From assembly GCA_051294905.1 (NCBI GenBank), contig CM119385.1, positions 22,010,001 to 22,074,000 on the forward strand: DNA of 64,000 bases. The letters run 5' to 3'. The notes under the pieces were generated by a model. That model made no database searches. It was not told the origin of the DNA and saw nothing but the letters and a program-made list of their open reading frames with translations. Positions 37,417-48,300 of the stretch are shown here, piece after piece (the first letter of the stretch is position 1; each line of letters starts with the position of its first letter). This DNA is from Botryllus schlosseri (taxonomy: Eukaryota). A program made the translations under genes and the position numbers.

Positions 37417-39095
37417 CTGAAAAAGTGATGGAAATGATGCGCTCCATTGCGATCCGGTAAATTTTCAGCATTTCGAAATTAGATTAAAATTATAGATTGG
37501 GCCTACGCGGTTTTATCTAAGTTAGATTAGAATTAGAGTTACTGAATTCGCGGAAACATGGAAATTTATTCAAGTCCAGAGTTAATTCCCATATGCATTA
37601 GAATGGTAAATATCTGTACAGCAAGCTTGGCTCGTTTCGCATTTCCTGTTCTCGTGTAGCATTTTCAGGAAAGCAGAAATTAGATTAGAATTAGATTACC
37701 TGCATTTAGATAACTACAATTATCTATAGTTGTCCAAGTCTGCTGCATAGTAACGAAATCAGTTGTAAATTCAGGCTGTATCATCAAATGTGAACATCAG
37801 TGTTTCCCTGCTTTCTTGACCTTGCGGCACACTGGCACAGGATCAATTCGGTGAGGTGCAGTGTGCATGGTAAATACCATTGAATGAATTCGATGGCAGG
37901 CCTATGCATCGCACATGTCAATAACACCCGCCCCTATTCGAATGACTTGTGAAATGTTGGCAAATGAGAACTGAGCTTAGAAATCCTACGCCACTCAAGT
38001 CGAAGGCTCTTGTATAGGGCACGATCACACATACGCTGTCAAGCAAGGGCTGTTCAAAAATAACTTTTTCTTCTGGATTCCAGCCATTCGGTCATTAAAT
38101 TGTCAGGTTTCCCAAAAGAGATATTGGAGTTTTTCGTTGATAATTCTCGGATTATCCTTGATTGGTGGATAAGCCGAGGATTATCAACGAAAAACTCAAA
38201 TAACTCCGCTTCTACTAGTTGGAATTGAGTCAAATTTGTTTTTCATCGTCTCTGAAGACAGCTCAACAATTTCTTGGGGTTGACAGAAAATTTTGAATTT
38301 TTTTTCAATTTTCCTGTTTAAATTAAAATTTTCAATTGGATCTGCGGAGCCCTATACTTGTTAGAATTGAACCAAATTTGGTGTGCAGCGTTTTCTAGGG
38401 TAACCTGACAATTTAATGACTGAATGGTTGGAATCCAGAAAAAAAAAGTTATTTTTGAACAGCCCTGTTATATTTACTGCTGGGATATAGGATAAAATGC
38501 GAGCGTCAACAGCAAGACGAATCGATCCTACGAAAGCGCATTGCACGACTTATAATACTGTAAGCAGCTGATTGACGCGTGCCCGCTGCCCAACCTTTGC
38601 AAGTCGCCATTAACCTACATTGTATCTATGACGATGCGTTTGTAGCCGGATTATCCGCAAATTCACCAATAATGACTTTATTGCAGACATGTCGGGCAAT
38701 CAAAAAGGGTTGTTGTATCCAGCATGAGATTTATGAATTACTTTCACACAAATTATACATCAAGACAACAGCCTACGTCGAACATGATCAATGCTCGCTC
38801 ATGCTCAATTGTTCAGTTCATATTATGCTACATTTCCGTCCGACGGTAATGTTGTGTTTTCACTCTAGGTATAAGTAAAAAGGGGTAGGCCTAGGCCTAC
38901 AGTTCACACTCAGTTCATACTTTCAGGATAGATGGGTCGAAAGGAAGTATTCACCGATGTGAAAAAACCAGTGCTTCATTATATCGCATTGTGCCTGGTG
39001 TGCCACTGCTTATGATTAGGCCTATATTCTTTTATCAAGCAATAATTATTGTTTTCATTGATTGGTCTCGCGGTATTCACTTCATCGACTTATGG

Positions 39096-40119
39096 CAGGG
39101 CTGGCCAACCTTTTCGGCAAAAGGGCCACATGCAATTACCGGACTATTGCGCGAACCACTAGTAGGGCCAAGCGTGAAATTTTTTCGAAGTTTACAGGTC
39201 AATAAAATTGTTTCTTAACTATATTACGGGTCTGCTGTATATCGCTGGGCTCGGTTTGCAAGGACTGGACTATTCGGTAGGGGTACCATACATCCTCTTT
39301 TAAGAGGATTTGTCCTCTTTTTTGACTTTTTTGAAAGTGTCCTCGTAGGACGCCCTTTTGTCCTCTTTTTTAAAGATTTTGTCCTCTTTTTTAAAAATTT
39401 AGGTCAGATTTAGGGCAAATAGCGAGTGATATGCCGTAAATTAGCACAGAATTGACGCTCCGGCGGGTATTTCGGAGTGAAAAACGGTTATTTTAGCTCT
39501 GGGCGGAAAGATGACCTTTTTTTTTAGTCAACCGATCACAAAGTGGGAAAAATTCACCGGTTTTTGAGAATTCTTCTCCGGTTTTGCAAGTCTCAAATTT
39601 CTGAAAAGGTGTCCTCTTTTTCGATTTCCAAAATATGGTATGGTATGGTATGGTTTCATCGTCGACGGTCTTTGTGCGAGCGCAAACACAAGGTCGCATG
39701 TTGGATGACACTTTGTCTCGTAATTGCGAATATAGTTAGACTCAATCCGATACATTAGGCGTTCTTTCATTTTCAGAAAGGGGTAACAATATTAAAAGCA
39801 AGAAATCACGTGACAACATATTGCGCAAAGCGTGAAGAAATTTTTTACTTTGGATGAATCTATCGCAAATTATTATGCTTTATTGTAATATACGAAGATC
39901 TACCAAAATGTCACTGGCTCATGGATCTGCCAATGCGTCCGAACTGATGTTTTAGTCATCATATCTCAGGTGTTGCTGCCAGACAAATCAAACTTTTGGT
40001 TGGCCTTCCAAGTTCGCAATCTGTGAAATCCACTTTTAATAATATTACTAATTTCGGAAATTACCTCGTGAGGTGGGCCACTCATAACCTTCTCGCGGGC
40101 CCCGGGTTGGCCGGCCTTG
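39096..40119. mobile_element. Non-autonomous hAT (Buster-type) element, 1024 bp, with a nested MITE (39278-39652)
   Basis: TIR cagggctggccaacc/ggttggccggccttg; perfect TSD acttatgg (39088-39095, 40120-40127). Confidence 0.88.
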
Positions 40120-41213
40120 ACTTATGGCTTCATGCACGCGTCATTTGAGCCAGCAAGCGTGTTGAAGTCCGGTCAGGGTTAGGAGTTAGTTTGTGAATAA
40201 AAAAAGTCACATGCTCTATTGCCGCATGTCCAACTGTCGTTTTTCATTTCGTCTCGACTTCAAACCCGGCTGCTGTTTGGTGTTGTAATCATGGGCTACT
40301 TTGTCGTCGACAAGGAATTGCGTAGTGCTCATTGCTCAGTTAACGATAATTGACTTTGCAGATAGAACATTAAAACCACCGTGAAAACCCAGGGCCACAG
40401 GCATAGTATAACGCACAGATTACAGAAGTCAACGCGTGGTTGTTTCTGCCAAATGGCGACCCACACAGGCATGTTCAACGATTTGTTTTATAATCGTCTC
40501 AATTGAAATCGATTGTCGCACTGATTCCAAACTGTTTTGGAAAATCACTGTCGATATTGTGCGCCCTGAAATTTCAAATCGTATCAAGTTCAAAGACCTG
40601 CTATTAACGGCGTTCTATTCCCCGGCGAAACGTCTTGATCATCCTCACAGTTTCCTAAAAAGGAAATGCATTTAAAAGATAAGTTACTAATACATTTGAA
40701 CGTATGATCTGAAGTTCAGAATCGGAGGTACGCGTACAGTTTTAACTATAGTGTTATATGGCATTGAGCGAAAAACATGCCTGAAACATATTCATAAATA
40801 TATCACAGCGCCTTCAAATTAAACTAACCCTTTCAAGGACACGGGGATGTTTACTGCACAAATTAAGAAATGAGATATCCAAAGAACAGAAATATTTGTA
40901 CGCAGAGGGAGTCAAAAAGGAAATACTTCTACTGCCAGTGATTGGTGTACTGTAACTATAGTTTATAATCAGTTTGCGTGCTCATCTAAGCTAGATCATA
41001 CGGTATAGAGGCTCAATATTATTAAATGGTGATTGATTGAACGCAATCCAACATAATGATGAATATTTGCGTGTCTTTTTCAGATTAGTTTCTGTTATTT
41101 GCATTGAGATTACAGAGGTAGAGCGCAAAGACCTATAAACCTTGTCAAGTGGTATATTACTGTGTGACTATAAATAGTATAAGGTGGTGTGCTATAGTCC
41201 AGTAAGTCTAGTC

Positions 41214-42647
41214 CAGTGGTTCCCAACCTTTTTGTCTTCATTCCCCACTTCAGATTTATTCCGAGCCTTCATTCCCCACCAGGACCGTAACAGCACTTCG
41301 TCAGCCCCGTCAAAAAACGTTGCCCTTGGGCCCCTACAGGGTGATAAACCTAACTTCTGGGGTCGAAGCCCCCCAGGACCCCCTCAGCCCCGCTGCGCAT
41401 CTACGCTTTTTTCCCGCTACTTATCAGCTACATTGGGTATACTGTTTAGTGCGTCGCCTTAATTGGACTAAACGCTCGAAGCGCAAAAAATGTTATAGCT
41501 CGTGTTTGGATCGGCAAATAAGATCGGGAATTGCATAAATTTTGTTATCAATTTTTTCCCCTCTCTGCTCAATAAATCTGATTTGCCGGTAGAGCTGAGT
41601 GAGGTGTGTTGGAAAAAGTAGGACCTAGGACGTGACCTCCTATATCTGCTATGTCAAAAGATATGGAAATCGCCCAAACTAAAAGGTACACACGATTTCA
41701 AATTGGTATTGCTTTACTGGCAAATAATTTTCCCCTGTGGTATGGCATTTGCCCTGTGGGGTTCAGATCGCCAGGACAGGAACATTAGGCGCCAGCAATT
41801 TAGCTGCCTATGGACAATTTAACATATATGTATATTGTATATAGCCTATATCGAAGTTTTCGGTCACCACAAGGCCATTCCTTCTCGGCCAAGGTCTTCT
41901 CGCTGCTGATCGTTCTGGCACACTTCTCGGAGTTGCATGTTACATGGCCTTGGTGCGTCGTGGCGCAGTAATGGCCGACGCCGAAGTCTCCATTTTTATA
42001 AATTCTACGTGTTTTTGTGGGGGACGGGTATCGAATAATCAGATATTCGGCAATAATACATCGCGCAGCCAGCGCGAAAAATTTTTGATAAAGTGGCATG
42101 AATTCTCAAAAAAATACTTTAATTTATGTTAATTTACGAAATAATTTTGGGCTTCTTCGAACTCGCTCCCCCCCAATTGGAGGGTTTGGTGTGCGGCAGT
42201 TACGGTCCTGCTCCCCACTATCTAGCACTTTTGTCATCACAGAGCAGCTATCTGCTGGTTTGACTACACAAGACACACAACCACACCAGTACGCAAGACA
42301 ATCGCCTTTAACTGCAACATAAAACGTATTGTGAACCGATACCAGTAACGCTCAAAATTTCGTGAAAGCGTTATTTCACGTCAAAATAGTCGTGCTGGAT
42401 GCGTTTGTGACGCCATGATTGGCCATCCAGAGTTAAGAATGAGGTTTTTTGAACAACAGCACGCTATATAAGTTCCGATACATAGTACATACATTCCAGA
42501 GCAGTTAACTGGTAACGGTAATTGCGCATGTGTCTCCGTGAATATGTAGACTGCCCTGTATATAATTTTGAACAAAGCGTCTATCCGCCACCAGAAATCA
42601 TTGAATTCCCCACCAGTGGGGAATTCCCCACCGTTTCGGAACCACTG
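41214..42647. mobile_element. Non-autonomous hAT element, 1434 bp, copy 2 of the 8010-9470 family
   Basis: Same TIR; perfect TSD gtctagtc (41206-41213, 42648-42655); absent at the equivalent site in unit B (~46105). Confidence 0.9.
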
Positions 42648-42844
42648 GTCTAGTCAATCTGGCAAATGATCTGGGACTAGTCATTTTTTGCAGTCTAGCG
42701 TAAGATCAGCGGCAGGTGTATGATAGTAAGGCTTACTGGGTTGGAGCCTTGGCACGGTAAGCTAACTACCTAGGTCTTACCTGCAACTTTCGGAAATACC
42801 AAGTGGTCGTCGCTACCGTATCCTAAAAAATGAAGTAGTAGGAT

Positions 42845-43212
42845 TAGGGTTGCATTGAAAACAAATATGCCTTTTTGAAAAAATTGTGTTTTTTTTAAGT
42901 TGTTAAATTATGCCATAATTGTGTAAATACTTTCCTAAAAACATGTTGCATGAGCCTACGGACAATTACCGACCGATATAGCCGACGTATATCGATATGG
43001 GATGGTTTGAACCCTCAAAATAGTCGGTTCAACATTAATAGTCCAGATATCTCGTCAAAGTAGCTAAATTTACCCTATAATTTCAATTCTCAATGCCAAT
43101 CCACTATGACGTCACAATTGAATATTTGTGACGTCATGGTTTGAAATTTAAATATGGGCCTTGTTTTAAACATGTTTATTTTAAATTGATTTTTGTTTTA
43201 AATGCAACCCTA
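42845..43212. mobile_element. 368-bp hAT MITE (duplicated at 46305-46672)
   Basis: TIR (t/c)agggttgcatt/aatgcaacccta; TSD agtaggat/agtaggtt; empty-site-like sequence in unit C at ~48831-48845. Confidence 0.85.
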
Positions 43213-44461
43213 AGTAGGTTGATCATCAGTCAATATTCCTATAGGTGAGCCTTGTACACCCAAATTAGAAGAAAAAAAACACTAGAGCGGTGAAAGTGTT
43301 GCACTCAAGACCATTTCTCATTCTGTCTCCTGATTTTTTAATTTGTACGGTTTGGTTTGGTGGTCGCAATATGAGTTTATCTTAGAAGTGTTGAAGTGAA
43401 GGTCTTATGGACCAAATGTATCCAGAATTAAAGCGTAGGTAATAGGTATATGGTAGGGTTACCATACGCCCTCCTTCAAGAAGATTTGTCCTCCTTTTTC
43501 AAGAAATTGAAAATGGCCTACGAGGAAGCCGAAATATCCTTGTTTTTGGCAAACCGTCCTTCTCGCTTTGACAGGCGGGCGATTTCACAGGCACAACTAA
43601 AAATGCCGGAAATGGCGCGCAGCTGCAGCAATTATTTATTACGCAACAGCATAGTAATTTTGCAGCATTGCCTTCCTTTATGCATGACCCTGACCAATTG
43701 ACCATGAAACGAACAATTGATTCTCCGCTATATTCGGTCAATCAGACAGAGGCGTAAGAAACAACTGGTGTAGTTTTTACAACAGGTCTTGAAGAATTGG
43801 ATTCCAAATTTATGAGAGATTTTAATGCAACTTGAGGATTCCTTCGCGCCGTGCGCAATTCAGGGTTACTTTTTTTCGTTATTAATATAGTAGGATCCTT
43901 GCAATCTGAGCCCCACCGGCAGTAGAAGAAAATCATGCGCCTCATAGAGAAATAACAAATTGGAGTCGTTTGTGTCTCACAAATGAAAGTTTTCCGGGTT
44001 CGTTTGGGCGATTCCCATTAGTATTTTGACTACATCGAAAACCCTGCAGGGTGGTTAAGAAATGACGACGGATAACAGAAGTGATTAATAACAACCTGGA
44101 GATGCATCATCATCATCAATTGTGTGTCCATCAGTTCCACCAGCAATCCCGATCCCATGGTCTGAGAATAGATAACATTATTGATAGTAATATATTTGCA
44201 GCTACAAAAATTAATTCATGGAGTTGGTAAAGGTTCGCACGACTATAGGCAAAGATTCCCAGTTACTTCCATAACATCAATACTCGCTGTTTGGGTGCGC
44301 ATATAGTAAGGCAGCGGGAGCAATTAGAAACTTTTATGCGCGAGGTATTTCACAAGAAGACATAGTGATGACACAGAACTCCACAACGGATATCCTCGGC
44401 GCGAAGTCCCAAGTAGTCAATTTCAGATGAATATTTCAAGTCCAGATGGGCCATTACGACT

Positions 44462-45396
44462 CAGTGTTGGGATCAAGTCACTACCTTCGAGTCACGAGTC
44501 ATTTCGAGTCATTGCACATTTTGACTCGAGTCAAGTCAAGTCAATCGATTTTCAAAGGTGACTCGAGTCAAGTCAAGTCACTCGAATTTTGGAGGTGACT
44601 TGAGTCAAGTCGAGTCAAGTCAAGTCAAGTCACGAGTCAAGTCACAATTCAAGTCAAGCTGTCTTTTCGAAGTATGAGGCATGCTTACGTCATTGCATTT
44701 TGCTAGCTGTCTGAAATACAGATTGAGTGGTTATTGATTCTGGACCTATGAACGGATATAGAGTTAAACATAAACGCAAGAAGGCGCTTTATTGCTCACA
44801 TATACGCAGAAATGCTTAACTACGTAAGTAATTGCATAGCCTCGGATTATAGTTACCAGCCAAAATAGAGAATAGAGAAACGAATTGATGGGATGCGATA
44901 CATTACCCATTTACAATTTGATATGATACAATTCCAACCTGCGCACTATATCGGAATTCAATTTCAATAAAGCAGCAGGTTTGGTTAAGTTAAGAACAGA
45001 GAACAGAAATAGACATTTTGCTATTAAATTACTTTACTATACTAGTTTACGACAACGTAAGCTGTATGCTTCGATCAGTTCGTTGGCGATCAATTTATTT
45101 GTGAGAGAACGAACGATCATTGAATGATTGGTTGCCCTCATAGGTTACACCAGCGTTTCGCGTACAATCCGAACATATGCAAGATACAATGATTTTGATC
45201 GACATCGATTGCTTGATGACTCGAAATTGACTCGTGAATTTTGCTCCGAGTCACGAGTCAATCCGCATTTTTGATACGCCGAGTCAAGTCAAGTCAAGTC
45301 ATTTTAGCAAAGTGACTCGAGTCAAGTCAAGTCATACGAAAAAGGTGACTCGAGTCTGACTCGAGTCAAGTCATGACTCGAGTCATCCCAACACTG
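44462..45396. mobile_element. 935-bp hAT element with subterminal gactcgagtcaagtca repeats
   Basis: TIR cagtgttggga/tcccaacactg; perfect TSD ttacgact (44454-44461, 45397-45404); single ttacgact at the empty site in unit B (~47922). Confidence 0.92.
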
Positions 45397-48300
45397 TTAC
45401 GACTTGCCTCTGGAATGCGGCCGCACACTGTAAACCATTGGTTCTCAACCGCTATAGATATTAGCATTTTATATCCCGATTCCAAAATGTGAGACATTGG
45501 ACGCTTGTCTATTAAGTAAAGGAATAAAACATCAAATTTTAGATTGATTGGCAACTTGTCGTTCGTCACAGGGTGCAGGTGTAGTAAGAAACTGAATGAA
45601 AGTAACCTGCATCTCGTTACATATAAATTATATGCGAAAGCTACGGAGACTTTTACACAAACTTCGTTAAATTCCGACAGTGCAATTAAGTGATATTTAT
45701 TAATAGGCTATAACAAACAGCAAAGTAACATTTCTTTCAATGGATACCGAAAAATCAGGTTATGGTCTTTAACAAGACTTCGCGAGGTTTGTCTTGCAGT
45801 AACTTCAGCAGAACCACACATAAATTTATAATATCAAAGAGGAAGCATTAAATGAAGTTTCGAATGTTACATTTGCGTTGCATAAATTTTTCGAAATTGA
45901 ATTTAGGGTAAAGTTTGGTTTGAACGTTCACATGTCCGCAACATTTATTTTGAAGTTTTACTGGGCCGCAAGGTCAAAAAGGTTGAGAACCATTGCAGAC
46001 TACACGTAATCAGAATGCGGTCGTGAATAGCAAGGAGGTTGAACACCCGATCTATTATTTATTTACTAAATAGTATAAAGTTGTATACTATAGAGTCCAG
46101 TAAGTCTGACTAGTCAATTTAACCAAGGATTCGGGACTGGTCATTTTTCGTAGTCTAGCGTAAGATCAGCGACAGGTGTATGATAGTAAGGCTTACTGGG
46201 TTGGAGCCTTGGCACGGTAAGCTAACTAGCTAGGTCTTACCTGCAACTTTCGGAAATACTAAGTGGTCGTCGCTACCGTATCCTAAAAAATGAAGTAGTA
46301 GGATCAGGGTTGCATTGAAAACAAATATGCCTTTTCGAAAAAATTGTGTTTTTTTAAAGTTGTAAAATTATGCCATAATTGTGTAAATACTTTCCTAAAA
46401 ACATGTTGTATGAGCCTACGGACAATTACCGACCGATATAGCCGACGTATATCGATATGGGATGGTATGAACCCTCAAAATAGTCGGTTCAACATTAATA
46501 GTCCAGATATCTCGTCAAAGTAGCTAAATTTACCCTATAATTTCAATTCTCAATGCCAATCCACTATGACGTCACAATTGAATATTTGTGACGTCATGGT
46601 TTGAAATTTAAATATGGGCCTTGTTTTAAACATGTTTATTTTAAATTGATTTTTGTTTTAAATGCAACCCTAAGTAGGTTGATCATCTGCCAATATTCCT
46701 ATAGGTGAGCCTTGTACACCCAAATTGGAAGAAAAAAGACACTAGAGCGGTGAAAGTGTTGCACTCAAGACCATTTCTCATTCTGTCTCCTGATTTTTTG
46801 ATTTGTGCGGTTTGGTTTGGTGGTCGCAATATGAGTTTATCTTAGAAGTGTTGAAGCGAAGGTCTTATGGACCAAATGTATCCAGAATTGAAGCGTAGGT
46901 AATAGGTATATGGTAGGGTTACCATACGCCCTCCTTCAAGAAGATTTGTCCTCCTTTTTCAAGAAATTGAAAATGGCCTACGAGGAAGCCGAAATATCCT
47001 CGTTTTTGGCAAACCGTCCTTCTCGCTTTGACAGGCGGGCGATTTCACAGGCACAAATAAAAATGCCGGAAATGGCGCGCAGCTGCAGCAATTATTTATT
47101 ACGCAGCAGCATAGTAATTTTGCAGCAATGCCTTCCTTTATGCATGACCCTGACCAATTGACCATGAAACGAACAGTTGATTCTCCGCTGTATTCGGTCA
47201 ATCAGACAGAGGCGTAAGAAACAACTGGTGCTGTTTTTACAACAGGTCTTGAAGAATTGGATCCCAAATTTATGAGAGATTTTAATGCAACTTGAGGATT
47301 CCTTCGCACCTTGCGCAATTCAGGGTTATTTTTTTTCGTTATTAATATAGTAGGATCCTTGCAATCCGAGCCCCACCGGTAGCAGAGAAAAATTATGCAC
47401 CCCATAAAGAAATAACAATTTGCAGTCGTTTGTGTATCACGAATGAAAGTTGTCCGGGTTCGTTTGGGCGATTCCCATTTGTATTTTGACTATATCGATA
47501 ATCCTGAAGGGTGGTCAAAAATAACCACGGACAGCAGAAGTGATTAATAATAACCTGGAGATACATCATCATCAATTGTGTGTCCATCACTTCCACCAGA
47601 AATTCCGATCCCATGGTCTGAGAATAGATAACATTATTGATAGTAATATATTTGCAACTACAAAAATTAATTCATGGAGTTGGTAAAGCTTCGCACGACT
47701 AGGCAACGATTCCCAGTTACTTCCATAACATCAATACTCGCTATTTGGGCGCGCATATAGTAAGGCAGCGGGAGCGTTCAGTATCTGCAATTAGAAACTT
47801 TTATGCGCTAGGTATTTCACAAGAAGACATACTGATGATCAAGAACTCCACAACGGATATGCTCGGCGCAAAGTCCCCCAGTAGCCAATTTCAGATGAAT
47901 ATTTCAAGTCCAGATGGGCCATTACGACTTGCCTCTGGAATACGGCCGCACGGTGTAAACTATTGGTTCTCAACAGCTATAGATATTAGTATTTCATATC
48001 CCAATTCTAAAATGCCAGAAATTGGACGCTTGTCTAGTAAAGGAATAAAACATCAAATTTTAGATTGATTGGGAACTTGTCGTTCGTTACAAGGTGCAGG
48101 TGTTGTACGAAACTGAATGAAAGTAACCTGCAACTCGTTACGGATAAATTATATGTGAAAGCTACGGAGACTTTTACACAAACTTCATTAAATTCCGACA
48201 GTGCAATTAACTGATATTTAATAATTGGCTATAACAAACAGCGAAGCCGCATTTTTTCAATGGATACCGAAAAATCGGGGTATGGTCTTTAACAAGACTT

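Noticed and set aside
43450-43741. 83-aa and 80-aa ORFs repeated at 46910-47201
   Set aside because: They start in a MITE left-end fragment and recur only because of the segmental duplication; no recognisable domain.
47745-48068. 107-aa + strand ORF in unit B
   Set aside because: Broken by an indel, stops and an insertion in unit A; its 3' part runs into an older MITE end.
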